A stretch of 64,000 bases of DNA from assembly GCA_964019425.1 (NCBI GenBank), contig OZ025803.1, positions 930,001 to 994,000 of the forward strand, given 5' to 3'. This document shows, piece after piece, positions 36,027 through 49,787 of this stretch. The position numbers were made by a program, and so were the translations under genes. This stretch comes from Flectonema sp. DT1601 (taxonomy: Eukaryota). Each line of letters begins with the position of its first letter. Position 1 is the first letter of the stretch. The notes below the pieces were generated by a model. The model made no database searches, was not told the origin of the DNA, and saw nothing but the letters and a program-made list of their open reading frames with translations.

Positions 36027-37312
36027 TGAGGCGATCGGCAGGGGTGGAGGTTTCACGAATTTTCACGATCCTTCACGGTTTGTCACGAGTTGTCACTACC
36101 TATCACGAAAATTCACGAAAATTCACTGCCAAAAAGCATGGTGAAAAATCGTGAATTTTCGTGAATTTTGATATTGAGATTTGTGGTTTGGTAAAAAAAA
36201 CTACTCAGGGGGGGCCTGAACTGCACTGCTTCGTAGTTGTCATCGGTGCTTGTTAATCCTATCGTTCTCTACAGTTTATTGTTAATACTACTTCTCTTTA
36301 ATCCAGCTCTTGTTACAGTTTCATGTGGTTGCTGAACTATTCTAGCACAGGTGGGTTGATAGGCATGTGTGGTGATCGTTGAAGTGGTGGGTTGTATGTG
36401 CAGGATTGTGTGTTCCTCATTCGCAACCGGGAGAGTACCTTCTGCCTGGTAAGTGACACAACATCTGTGCTTGTTCATACGTGGGAATCGGTCGTTTGCT
36501 TACTTGCTTCGCAACAAGCACCGCATCTCTTTTAGGGCGTGCCCATTTAAAGAGAAGGTTACAAATGGGCGCTTCGGAACCTTAGCATTTGCATGCTATG
36601 TGTTATCATGCCCGCTTCGAGGTATTCCATTCCTCAGGTGGGTTCTCACATTCTTGCAGCGCAACAAGCGCCTCATCAAGTACTCTCATCGTCGCAGGCG
36701 GGCATACGCTTACCTGATGTCTCTCAGTAACGAGGAAATGGGCAACATCATGGAGTTCATGTGTGCACAATATAGTATTGTGAATGGTGTGCTCAGACGT
36801 CTCATCTCATTCTCCCGGGAGCATCGCACTCCGCGACAGCTTCTCCAGTTTTGGGCAGAGGTTGCACGTGACATGTCAGAGGCAGCCACAATTGACATCT
36901 CATATTTGCTGAATGATCATGGTCGGGTTGTTACAGAACAGAACAGTCTGAACGAGAATGAGCCCACTCAGTGATTAAACCCACCGCACACGCGATGCGC
37001 CGGTCCAAAGTCCGGAACCTCACCACAAGCGATGGTCAGGAAGGGTGATGGGTCACTGGGCACAAGCGATGCCCATTTAGTTGTCAAAGTGACATGTATG
37101 GCAAACTGAACAGGTTTGACATTGCACAGCACCAACGGTACCATCTGGATGTCACTCACTTTTTTCACTAGAATTCACACATTTTCACACATTTTCACAC
37201 ATTTTCACAGGATTTCACTACCAAAAAGCAGCAAAAAATTAAGTGAAAAATCGTGAAAAATCGTGTAGCAAAGTGAAAAATCGTGAACACCTCCACCCTG
37301 CCGATCGCCTCA
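36027..37312. mobile_element. Non-autonomous TIR element, ~1.3 kb, superfamily unassigned
   Basis: TIRs tgaggcgatcggcaggg(g)tggaggt / acctccaccctgccgatcgcctca with TTCAC(G/A) subterminal repeats at both ends; internal 173-aa ORF with no recognised domain. Confidence 0.75.
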
Positions 37313-37795
37313 CTATGTCGATCACTTTCTATTTTCCGTCCTGGTCAAGACGCTAAACTGATTGTTTTTTCTTTAAAAAATAATAAAAAGGATTTAAAAA
37401 AAAAAAAAAAAAAAGTATAAACAATGTTATCATTGTTTTTTTATCGATCGACTATGTCGATCACTTTCTATTTTCCGTCCTGGTCAGGACGCTAAACTGA
37501 TTGTTTTTTCTTTAAAAATAAATAAAAAGAATAATAAAAAAAAAAAGGAATAAACAATGTTATCATTGTTTTTTTATCGATCGACTATGTCGATTACTTT
37601 CTATTTTCCGTCCTGGTCAAGACGCTAAACTGATTGTTTTTCCTTTAAAATAATTAAAAGGATTTAAAAAAAAAAAAAAAAAAAAAGAATAAACAATGTT
37701 ATCATTGTTTTTTTCTATCGATCGACTATGTCGATTAATTTCTATTTTCCGTCCTGATCGAGACGCTAAACTGATTGTTTCCTTTTTTTAAATAA
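37313..37795. repeat. Palindromic AT-rich satellite, ~100-135-bp units (copy at 43025-43507)
   Basis: Unit aacaatgttatcattgtt-T(n)-atcgatcgactatgtcgat-...gtcctggtcaagacgctaaactgattg-A/T tracts. Confidence 0.95.
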
Positions 37796-37800
37796 AAAAA

Positions 37801-39561
37801 GAATTGGCTTTAACTTCAACTATACAGAAAATAATGATATAACACTGTGATTTTTTGTTTGTGCACGAAACCGTGAACCGACTTAAACTGATAAAGCTAA
37901 AGGAGGTTTACGTGTGCTGCCAACATTCTTTTTCGTTCTTACAATACTTGTTAAATGCAAAAAAGAATTGGCTTTAACTTCAACTATACAGAAAATAATG
38001 ATATAACACTGTGATTTTTTGTTTGTGCACGAAACCGGACCCCTTTCCAGTGGATTGTTCGTGGCCGTCGTGTCTAGTTTGATATGGTATCTATCAAAGT
38101 TGGGAGAATAACGGTCTTTTATGAGATAATAAACCGATGCGATGCGGTGTTCGTTCTTCTTGTGTATCATTTCTTAGTATGCTTCATCTTCCAGTCTAGT
38201 GTGCTTGTCAGCAATATTGTCCTCGCTCGCCACGTACTCGACGTGCAGAACTGAACTAGACCTGTCCAACAGTCGATGAATAGTCCGTAACATGGGTTGT
38301 ACATTTTGTTGTAGAGAATAGCCACGGTGCAACGAACCGATAACTCCCTTGTTGTCTACATGTCCCGTCACCCTGCAACTCTGCAGTTTTAACTCTGTCA
38401 CTACATATTCAATGGCCTTGACTACTGCGAAAAATTCCTTTTCGAAAATCCCCATGTTCACTATATCGCGCGGGAAGCGTCCTCTCCGATAAGAGTTTCC
38501 CACTACAAATGCCCAGGCTTTTGTACTTGCATCAGATACGGAAGTCATTTCTGTTTCATAGCTACGCTTATTCCACCGCACCCATTCGTTCTTCACAAGC
38601 TGCAGGAATTGAAAGAAATACGATGTAAAGTCAAACTCGCAAGCGTACCTACGTGGTAGCAAGGTTTCCACTATCGTTTCGTAAGACGGTAGCCTGCATG
38701 GCGGTAACGAGGTATAAGCTGTTAACTCATTAATAGTCTTACAATTTAGGATGAAACGTAATTGTCCAGGTGTACTTTTCGGTATGAGAAAAGCAGAGTG
38801 CATGAATCTATTCGTCGTCGATCTAGGAGATGGTTCGGCGAAACCAAGCTCAAGCATGCGTTCGGTATGAGGTTTTAATTGGACATTCTTTGCGCCTATC
38901 CCAGATTCGTCTTCTTGTGGCGAATTGTTAATCACTTGGATGACAAAGTTCGGATCTGCAATCCATCTCATGTTTGTTCTCAGGTTCGGATAGCTTCCCA
39001 CTAGCAGTTCCATGTTTACCGGTTCCATTCTTATTCCAGATATGGTTCCGTCATAACATGTTCGCGGACAACGTGTTCCAGTTATCCCCGTTAGCCATCC
39101 TTCCGCGTAGTCGTACATGCGGAATCCTGCTTCCAATTTTGAAGCCCAAAAAGGTCTGTCATGGATAGCTTTCACTGCAGTAGTGCGGCCGCTTTTATCG
39201 TATTCCGAGTCGAGGTCCAAGTCTCCGGCGGTATGTAGAACTGGGTTGACGTCCCTGATGCATGCCGCGCCATCGCCTGAGCGTCCCGTTCCGACGACTC
39301 CAACGCGACATACGTGAGTGCACTGTGACGTATGTAGTGGCTCGTGGTGTCGAGATGTCTTTCCAGCCATCTGTTGTATCCCGATCGGTTCAAACCCGTG
39401 AATACCATTTCGCCATTCGTTGTTGCCAACCATTGCAACACCACGCGGAATAAAGAGCCATTTTTTGCTACCAGAATCCATTGACCTTGTCTCGTTTTGT
39501 CGGTCTTCCCCCCGACCAAGCCAATTAGGTAACCGTTCCTGACTTCCCGGATGTTAAATGC
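37801..39561 (-). mobile_element. YR retrotransposon family 2, internally deleted non-autonomous copy
   Basis: YR C-terminus (HYIRH, ARH, FY; 39172-39519); RT lacking its catalytic region fused to RNase H (SDAS, EFFAV, VDN, NIADKHTR); B1-A2-B2 at 37801-38037; only the outer ~11 bp of A1 retained. Confidence 0.85.
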
Positions 39562-40706
39562 AAAAAAAAAAAAAAAAAAAGGAGCATCTCCCTGCTATCC
39601 CCATATCCCCACAATAATATTATACCTTTTCATTTTCTCTTTCCTTTTCTGGTCTTTTTTTTTTCTTTTTTTTTCCTTTTTCATACAACGTTTTTTATTT
39701 ATATTTTATTTTATTTTTTTTTCATGTTTGATTACTTCCTCTTCATATTTTTTTTTTTTTTTTTTTTTTTCTCTGCCTCTCTCTTAATTCTGTTCGTTTC
39801 TTTGAAACGAAAATTCATTTGAATATTATTCCTTGGTCAGCAACAGTCATTGTCGCCCTTTGGGCCTGTTAAAAAAAATAAAAAATAAAAAGAAAGTTTA
39901 CATCGGGAATAGGCAGGAGCCAAAAGCTCCCAGTCCGTTACTTCCCACTTTATCGAAATCTTCTAATAACTGATATCACATGTCTTTCAAGCTTGTATTT
40001 TACTACTTCTGTGGTATAATTATTTAGTGAATTTATGGATATCTCCTCCTTTTAGTGACATTTTTTTAATCCTAGGTAGGGAAAATGTGTGTTAAGGCAA
40101 GTATAGCGAAAAATCATACTCAGTGTTGAGTTGAGTTGAATTACCAGGTGAGATTTGGACAGTTAGCTTTTGGCTAAGGCCCTCCCTGAAGAGCAAGAAC
40201 AAAAAAACTACTCGCACCTGAAGAAAACATACACAAAGAACAACGATCGGCTATGCCGATCGACCTTTAAAATAATTGTCTTCTTCTTCTCGACGTTCAG
40301 ATCCAATTGATCGACCTTTTCTTTTTTTTTTCCTTTATTCCTTCCATCCCTCCCGCTCCCCTTATTTTAATAAAAACAAGATCAGCTCAGCTTGATCGTT
40401 ATTTATTTATCTATTTATTTATTTTTTTTTTTTTTTGTTGGTCCTAGTCAAGACCTTAAACTGACTAATCGGTCTTAATTTTAACTAACCTTTTAATACT
40501 CTCTATCTGGTCTGTTATGTCATATTTCTCATTTAATTTTATCATCCATTTTACTTTTCACTGTTTCCCATCTACATTTTATTTTCAAATAGTTACGGTC
40601 TGTTAAAAAAAAAAAAGTTTAAATAAGTTAAATTGAACATGTTAACTCAATTCCTCAATTCTTCCGTCATGGTCATGACATTCTTTTTCGTTTCTCCAAT
40701 GCACAA

Positions 40707-40801
40707 GAGATACCATCACTCATGAGATACCAACGCACATACGAGATACCAGCACTCCAGAGATACCGACACGCTAGAGATACCAAGTCACTTGAGATAC
40801 C
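40707..40801 (+). repeat. Six phased GAGATACC motifs with variable spacers (also 46419-46513 and 55683-55777)
   Basis: Start-to-start spacing is 17,19,17,17,17 in both diverged versions. Confidence 0.9.
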
Positions 40802-40955
40802 TCCTTGTAAATTAATTCCCGGTATTTCAAATTTGAATTGATAGTGTCAACTCTGCTTGCTGCTCTCGTTTATGTGTTGTCTCCTGAAAGTGATCTTAAC
40901 TCCTATAAAAAGAAAAAAAAAAAAAGAAATCAAAAAAGAAGAATTTTCAAACGAG

Positions 40956-41936
40956 TGAGTTAAGTTACCAGGTGAGATTTGGACTGTTAGCTTTTGGCTA
41001 AGGCCCTCCCTGAAGAGCAAGAACAAAAAAACTACTCACACCTGAAGAAAACATACACAAAGAACACACTGTAGGCTGTGTGTGTATTTTGTGTTTGTCA
41101 CAACAGGAGAGAAAAGAAAGAATGTCAAGGTTGGTCACCTTGCCTATCAACGCACAACATTGGTGGTCTCTACTAGACCCTGAGTGATCCCACTGGATCT
41201 CTCATCGTTCATAGTACCTATGTGAAGTTATAAAATCAAAGGTAAACTATGAACTACAAATGACTTAGCCTGTTATTATAATGCCACAGGCAGGCCCTGC
41301 ATTCAGCAACTATCCAGCAGTGCTTGGATGTCCTGATCTTCTTCTAAAAAAAAGAAAGAAAGAAAAACAAAACTGTAGCTGGGATCACTCAGGATCAACA
41401 GACTACCAATGCTACCTGTTGTACTTGCTCACTATGGGGGGTGATGCCAAACACCCAGAAGTACTAAACTGCTTTCCTTCTTGCTGCCCAGGAGTTTCTG
41501 ACCAGAACTAATAGAAAATAAAAAGTAGATGGGAAACAATAAAAAGTAAAATGGATATAACTGAAGTTATACAAGACAAATGAAGTAACAGACCAGAACA
41601 GAAAGAGAATTGTAATAGAAGATTACAAATAAAAAAATGCAAGTATCAACACATGATCAGGATACACCAGCAGCTAACAAACAACATAAAATTGAAGATC
41701 AGTTGCCAGAGTATTTCAACCATGGTAGAATACTCGCCCCTCTGGCAGGGATTATCCCAGACTTGTCCTTTAATCTAGTTGGACACCATGGCTTACAACC
41801 CTTCCAGAGGGAAGCACCATTATGACTTCTATTTTTTTTCTTCAAGAAAATCATAAGGTGGGAACAAAGAAAAATGCTAAGAGGAACCCCCTATTAACAC
41901 CTAAGACATCTAAACTGCAGCCCAGCCTATGCCCAG
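40956..41936. repeat. ~1-kb non-coding dispersed repeat present in both orientations
   Basis: Inverted copies at 42082-42616, 47794-48328, 48709-49684 and ~49825-50130; direct copy at 46668-47648; partial copy at ~40130-40243. Confidence 0.9.
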
Positions 41937-43512
41937 TTATAACAACCCCTACCACCCATTATGATCAATTCCGCTTGTTTTTTTTTTTTTTTTTAAAAAC
42001 AAATAAAAAAATAAAAAAAATTATAAAAGAGTAAACAATGTTATCATTGTTTTTTTTATCGATCGACTATGTCGATCACTTCTCCTGGGCAGCAAGAAGG
42101 AAAGTAGTTGAGTACTTCTGGGTGTTTGGCATCACCCCCCATAGTGAGCAAGTACAACAGGTAGCATTGGTAGTCTGTTGATCCTGAGTGATCCCAGCTA
42201 CAGTTTTGTTTTTCTTTCTTTTTTTTAGAAGAAGATCAGGACATCCAAGCACTGCTGGATAGTTGCTGAATGCAGGGCCTGCCTGTGGCATTATAATAAC
42301 AGGCTAAGTCATTTGTAGTTCATAGTTTACCTTTGATTTTATAACTTCACATAGGTACTATGAACGATGAGAGATCCAGTGGGATCACTCAGGGTCTAGT
42401 AGAGACCACCAATGTTGTGCGTTGATAGGCAAGGTGACCAACCTTGACATTCTTTCTTTTCTCTCCTGTTGTGACAAACACAAAATACACACACAGCTTA
42501 CAGTGTGTTCTTTGTGTATGTTTTCTTCAGGTGTGAGTAGTTTTTTTGTTCTTGCTCTTCAGGGAGGGCCTTAGCCAAAAGCTAACAGTCCAAATCTCAC
42601 CTGGAAATTCAACTCAGTCCTTGTCAGTTTTGGCATCAAACTTGTAATGGTTTAATCATTACAGGTTATTTACTGAAATATTTGTTCTAAAAGTTGCTAA
42701 GTATTTCTCACTTAGAAATTTTTTATTTTTTTATTTTCAGCTTAATTAGCTAGCGGGTGATGGGTCACTGGGCACAAGCGATGCCCATTTAGTTGTCAAA
42801 GTGACATGTATGGCAAACTGAACAGGTTTGACATTGCACAGCACCAACGGTACCATCTGGATGTCACTCACTTTTTTCACTAGAATTCACACATTTTCAC
42901 ACATTTTCACACATTTTCACAGGATTTCACTACCAAAAAGCAGCAAAAAATTAAGTGAAAAATCGTGAAAAATCGTGTAGCAAAGTGAAAAATCGTGAAC
43001 ATCTCCACCCTGCCGATCGCCTCACTATGTCGATCACTTTCTATTTTCCGTCCTGGTCAAGACGCTAAACTGATTGTTTTTTCTTTAAAAAATAATAAAA
43101 AGGATTTAAAAAAAAAAAAAAAAAAAGTATAAACAATGTTATCATTGTTTTTTTATCGATCGACTATGTCGATCACTTTCTATTTTCCGTCCTGGTCAGG
43201 ACGCTAAACTGATTGTTTTTTCTTTAAAAATAAATAAAAAGAATAATAAAAAAAAAAAGGAATAAACAATGTTATCATTGTTTTTTTATCGATCGACTAT
43301 GTCGATTACTTTCTATTTTCCGTCCTGGTCAAGACGCTAAACTGATTGTTTTTCCTTTAAAATAATTAAAAGGATTTAAAAAAAAAAAAAAAAAAAAAGA
43401 ATAAACAATGTTATCATTGTTTTTTTCTATCGATCGACTATGTCGATTAATTTCTATTTTCCGTCCTGATCGAGACGCTAAACTGATTGTTTCCTTTTTT
43501 TAAATAAAAAAA

Positions 43513-45273
43513 GAATTGGCTTTAACTTCAACTATACAGAAAATAATGATATAACACTGTGATTTTTTGTTTGTGCACGAAACCGTGAACCGACTTAAAC
43601 TGATAAAGCTAAAGGAGGTTTACGTGTGCTGCCAACATTCTTTTTCGTTCTTACAATACTTGTTAAATGCAAAAAAGAATTGGCTTTAACTTCAACTATA
43701 CAGAAAATAATGATATAACACTGTGATTTTTTGTTTGTGCACGAAACCGGACCCCTTTCCAGTGGATTGTTCGTGGCCGTCGTGTCTAGTTTGATATGGT
43801 ATCTATCAAAGTTGGGAGAATAACGGTCTTTTATGAGATAATAAACCGATGCGATGCGGTGTTCGTTCTTCTTGTGTATCATTTCTTAGTATGCTTCATC
43901 TTCCAGTCTAGTGTGCTTGTCAGCAATATTGTCCTCGCTCGCCACGTACTCGACGTGCAGAACTGAACTAGACCTGTCCAACAGTCGATGAATAGTCCGT
44001 AACATGGGTTGTACATTTTGTTGTAGAGAATAGCCACGGTGCAACGAACCGATAACTCCCTTGTTGTCTACATGTCCCGTCACCCTGCAACTCTGCAGTT
44101 TTAACTCTGTCACTACATATTCAATGGCCTTGACTACTGCGAAAAATTCCTTTTCGAAAATCCCCATGTTCACTATATCGCGCGGGAAGCGTCCTCTCCG
44201 ATAAGAGTTTCCCACTACAAATGCCCAGGCTTTTGTACTTGCATCAGATACGGAAGTCATTTCTGTTTCATAGCTACGCTTATTCCACCGCACCCATTCG
44301 TTCTTCACAAGCTGCAGGAATTGAAAGAAATACGATGTAAAGTCAAACTCGCAAGCGTACCTACGTGGTAGCAAGGTTTCCACTATCGTTTCGTAAGACG
44401 GTAGCCTGCATGGCGGTAACGAGGTATAAGCTGTTAACTCATTAATAGTCTTACAATTTAGGATGAAACGTAATTGTCCAGGTGTACTTTTCGGTATGAG
44501 AAAAGCAGAGTGCATGAATCTATTCGTCGTCGATCTAGGAGATGGTTCGGCGAAACCAAGCTCAAGCATGCGTTCGGTATGAGGTTTTAATTGGACATTC
44601 TTTGCGCCTATCCCAGATTCGTCTTCTTGTGGCGAATTGTTAATCACTTGGATGACAAAGTTCGGATCTGCAATCCATCTCATGTTTGTTCTCAGGTTCG
44701 GATAGCTTCCCACTAGCAGTTCCATGTTTACCGGTTCCATTCTTATTCCAGATATGGTTCCGTCATAACATGTTCGCGGACAACGTGTTCCAGTTATCCC
44801 CGTTAGCCATCCTTCCGCGTAGTCGTACATGCGGAATCCTGCTTCCAATTTTGAAGCCCAAAAAGGTCTGTCATGGATAGCTTTCACTGCAGTAGTGCGG
44901 CCGCTTTTATCGTATTCCGAGTCGAGGTCCAAGTCTCCGGCGGTATGTAGAACTGGGTTGACGTCCCTGATGCATGCCGCGCCATCGCCTGAGCGTCCCG
45001 TTCCGACGACTCCAACGCGACATACGTGAGTGCACTGTGACGTATGTAGTGGCTCGTGGTGTCGAGATGTCTTTCCAGCCATCTGTTGTATCCCGATCGG
45101 TTCAAACCCGTGAATACCATTTCGCCATTCGTTGTTGCCAACCATTGCAACACCACGCGGAATAAAGAGCCATTTTTTGCTACCAGAATCCATTGACCTT
45201 GTCTCGTTTTGTCGGTCTTCCCCCCGACCAAGCCAATTAGGTAACCGTTCCTGACTTCCCGGATGTTAAATGC
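43513..45273 (-). mobile_element. Duplicate of the family-2 deleted YR retrotransposon
   Basis: Same ORFs and termini as 37801-39561 at +5712. Confidence 0.85.
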
Positions 45274-48200
45274 AAAAAAAAAAAAAAAAAAAGGAGCATC
45301 TCCCTGCTATCCCCATATCCCCACAATAATATTATACCTTTTCATTTTCTCTTTCCTTTTCTGGTCTTTTTTTTTTCTTTTTTTTTCCTTTTTCATACAA
45401 CGTTTTTTATTTATATTTTATTTTATTTTTTTTTCATGTTTGATTACTTCCTCTTCATATTTTTTTTTTTTTTTTTTTTTTTCTCTGCCTCTCTCTTAAT
45501 TCTGTTCGTTTCTTTGAAACGAAAATTCATTTGAATATTATTCCTTGGTCAGCAACAGTCATTGTCGCCCTTTGGGCCTGTTAAAAAAAATAAAAAATAA
45601 AAAGAAAGTTTACATCGGGAATAGGCAGGAGCCAAAAGCTCCCAGTCCGTTACTTCCCACTTTATCGAAATCTTCTAATAACTGATATCACATGTCTTTC
45701 AAGCTTGTATTTTACTACTTCTGTGGTATAATTATTTAGTGAATTTATGGATATCTCCTCCTTTTAGTGACATTTTTTTAATCCTAGGTAGGGAAAATGT
45801 GTGTTAAGGCAAGTATAGCGAAAAATCATACTCAGTGTTGAGTTGAGTTGAATTACCAGGTGAGATTTGGACAGTTAGCTTTTGGCTAAGGCCCTCCCTG
45901 AAGAGCAAGAACAAAAAAACTACTCGCACCTGAAGAAAACATACACAAAGAACAACGATCGGCTATGCCGATCGACCTTTAAAATAATTGTCTTCTTCTT
46001 CTCGACGTTCAGATCCAATTGATCGACCTTTTCTTTTTTTTTTCCTTTATTCCTTCCATCCCTCCCGCTCCCCTTATTTTAATAAAAACAAGATCAGCTC
46101 AGCTTGATCGTTATTTATTTATCTATTTATTTATTTATTTTTTTTTTTGTTGGTCCTAGTCAAGACCTTAAACTGACTAATCGGTCTTAATTTTAACTAA
46201 CCTTTTAATACTCTCTATCTGGTCTGTTATGTCATATTTCTCATTTAATTTTATCATCCATTTTACTTTTCACTGTTTCCCATCTACATTTTATTTTCAA
46301 ATAGTTACGGTCTGTTAAAAAAAAAAAAGTTTAAATAAGTTAAATTGAACATGTTAACTCAATTCCTCAATTCTTCCGTCATGGTCATGACATTCTTTTT
46401 CGTTTCTCCAATGCACAAGAGATACCATCACTCATGAGATACCAACGCACATACGAGATACCAGCACTCCAGAGATACCGACACGCTAGAGATACCAAGT
46501 CACTTGAGATACCTCCTTGTAAATTAATTCCCGGTATTTCAAATTTGAATTGATAGTGTCAACTCTGCTTGCTGCTCTCGTTTATGTGTTGTCTCCTGAA
46601 AGTGATCTTAACTCCTATAAAAAGAAAAAAAAAAAAAGAAATCAAAAAAGAAGAATTTTCAAACGAGTGAGTTAAGTTACCAGGTGAGATTTGGACTGTT
46701 AGCTTTTGGCTAAGGCCCTCCCTGAAGAGCAAGAACAAAAAAACTACTCACACCTGAAGAAAACATACACAAAGAACACACTGTAGGCTGTGTGTGTATT
46801 TTGTGTTTGTCACAACAGGAGAGAAAAGAAAGAATGTCAAGGTTGGTCACCTTGCCTATCAACGCACAACATTGGTGGTCTCTACTAGACCCTGAGTGAT
46901 CCCACTGGATCTCTCATCGTTCATAGTACCTATGTGAAGTTATAAAATCAAAGGTAAACTATGAACTACAAATGACTTAGCCTGTTATTATAATGCCACA
47001 GGCAGGCCCTGCATTCAGCAACTATCCAGCAGTGCTTGGATGTCCTGATCTTCTTCTAAAAAAAAGAAAGAAAGAAAAACAAAACTGTAGCTGGGATCAC
47101 TCAGGATCAACAGACTACCAATGCTACCTGTTGTACTTGCTCACTATGGGGGGTGATGCCAAACACCCAGAAGTACTAAACTGCTTTCCTTCTTGCTGCC
47201 CAGGAGTTTCTGACCAGAACTAATAGAAAATAAAAAGTAGATGGGAAACAATAAAAAGTAAAATGGATATAACTGAAGTTAAACAAGACAAATGAAGTAA
47301 CAGACCAGAACAGAAAGAGAATTGTAATAGAAGATTACAAATAAAAAAATGCAAGTATCAACACATGATCAGGATACACCAGCAGCTAACAAACAACATA
47401 AAATTGAAGATCAGTTGCCAGAGTATTTCAACCATGGTAGAATACTCGCCCCTCTGGCAGGGATTATCCCAGACTTGTCCTTTAATCTAGTTGGACACCA
47501 TGGCTTACAACCCTTCCAGAGGGAAGCACCATTATGACTTCTATTTTTTTTCTTCAAGAAAATCATAAGGTGGGAACAAAGAAAAATGCTAAGAGGAACC
47601 CCCTATTAACACCTAAGACATCTAAACTGCAGCCCAGCCTATGCCCAGTTATAACAACCCCTACCACCCATTATGATCAATTCCGCTTGTTTTTTTTTTT
47701 TTTTTTAAAAACAAATAAAAAAATAAAAAAAATTATAAAAGAGTAAACAATGTTATCATTGTTTTTTTTATCGATCGACTATGTCGATCACTTCTCCTGG
47801 GCAGCAAGAAGGAAAGTAGTTGAGTACTTCTGGGTGTTTGGCATCACCCCCCATAGTGAGCAAGTACAACAGGTAGCATTGGTAGTCTGTTGATCCTGAG
47901 TGATCCCAGCTACAGTTTTGTTTTTCTTTCTTTTTTTTAGAAGAAGATCAGGACATCCAAGCACTGCTGGATAGTTGCTGAATGCAGGGCCTGCCTGTGG
48001 CATTATAATAACAGGCTAAGTCATTTGTAGTTCATAGTTTACCTTTGATTTTATAACTTCACATAGGTACTATGAACGATGAGAGATCCAGTGGGATCAC
48101 TCAGGGTCTAGTAGAGACCACCAATGTTGTGCGTTGATAGGCAAGGTGACCAACCTTGACATTCTTTCTTTTCTCTCCTGTTGTGACAAACACAAAATAC

Positions 48201-49744
48201 ACACACAGCTTACAGTGTGTTCTTTGTGTATGTTTTCTTCAGGTGTGAGTAGTTTTTTTGTTCTTGCTCTTCAGGGAGGGCCTTAGCCAAAAGCTAACAG
48301 TCCAAATCTCACCTGGAAATTCAACTCAGTCCTTGTCAGTTTTGGCATCAAACTTGTAATGGTTTAATCATTACAGGTTATTTACTGAAATATTTGTTCT
48401 AAAAGTTGCTAAGTATTTCTCACTTAGAAATTTTTTATTTTTTTATTTTCAGCTTAATTAGCAACAAATTGTTTCTACTAAGTGTTTCTCACTTAGATTT
48501 TTTTTTTGCTTTTCAGCTCCTTAAAAGCTGCTAAGTGTTTCTGCTAAGTGTTTCTCACTTAGAATTTTATTTTTATGTTCGTTTTCTATCCCTTCTCCTA
48601 TCCCTTTTGTTCAAAATAAGCGGGAGGAAATTCTCTCATTCACGCTAAGATGCACTCTGAACTTTGATTTTTTGATCTGAGTGTGAGGGAATGACCTGTT
48701 AGTGCATTGGGCATAGGCTGGGCTGCAGTTTAGATGTCTTAGGTGTTAATAGGGGGTTCCTCTTAGCATTTTTTCTTTGTTCCCACCTTATGATTTTCTT
48801 GAAGAAAAAAAATAGAAGTCATAATGGTGCTTCCCTCTGGAAGGGTTGTAAGCCATGGTGTCCAACTAGATTAAAGGACAAGTCTGGGATAATCCCTGCC
48901 AGAGGGGCGAGTATTCTACCATGGTTGAAATACTCTGGCAACTGATCTTCAATTTTATGTTGTTTGTTAGCTGCTGGTGTATCTTGATTATGTGTTGATA
49001 CTTGCATTTTTTTATTTGTAATCTTCTATTACAATCCTCTTTCTGTTCTGGTCTGTTACTTCATTTGTCTTGTATAACTTCAGTTATATCCATTTTACTT
49101 TTTATTGTTTCCCATCTACTTTTTATTTTCTATTAGTTCTGGTCAGAAACTCCTGGGCAGCAAGAAGGAAAGTAGTTGAGTACTTCTGGGTGTTTGGCAT
49201 CACCCCCCATAGTGAGCAAGTACAACAGGTAGCATTGGTAGTCTGTTGATCCTGAGTGATCCCAGCTACAGTTTTGTTTTTCTTTCTTTTTTTTAGAAGA
49301 AGATCAGGACATCCAAGCACTGCTGGATAGTTGCTGAATGCAGGGCCTGCCTGTGGCATTATAATAACAGGCTAAGTCATTTGTAGTTCATAGTTTACCT
49401 TTGATTTTATAACTTCACATAGGTACTATGAACGATGAGAGATCCAGTGGGATCACTCAGGGTCTAGTAGAGACCACCAATGTTGTGCGTTGATAGGCAA
49501 GGTGACCAACCTTGACATTCTTTCTTTTCTCTCCTGTTGTGACAAACACAAAATACACACACAGCTTACAGTGTGTTCTTTGTGTATGTTTTCTTCAGGT
49601 GTGAGTAGTTTTTTTGTTCTTGCTCTTCAGGGAGGGCCTTAGCCAAAAGCTAACAGTCCAAATCTCACCTGGAAATTCAACTCCTATTTTCCGTCCTGGT
49701 CAAGACGCTAAAGTGATTATTTTTTCTTTGAAATAATAAAAAGG

Positions 49745-49787
<43 letters not shown>

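Larger units (their letters stand above)
37043..48462. repeat. Tandem segmental duplication, period 5712 bp (37043-42750 / 42755-48462)
   Basis: All ORFs recur at +5712; only isolated substitutions seen (e.g. near 37290/43001 and 41570/47282). Confidence 0.95.

Noticed and set aside
40707..40801. CRISPR array
   Set aside because: Repeats of 8 bp and spacers of 9-11 bp are far too short, there are no cas genes, and the context is eukaryotic.
40985..41005. U2 snRNA fragment (CTTTTGGCTAAG)
   Set aside because: Only 12 nt match; the adjacent ATCAAGTGTAG branch-pairing sequence is absent.
41281..42291. Small ORFs (MPQAGP..., MQVSTH...) in the 1-kb dispersed repeat
   Set aside because: Copies differ by frameshifting indels and no domain is recognisable; treated as non-coding.
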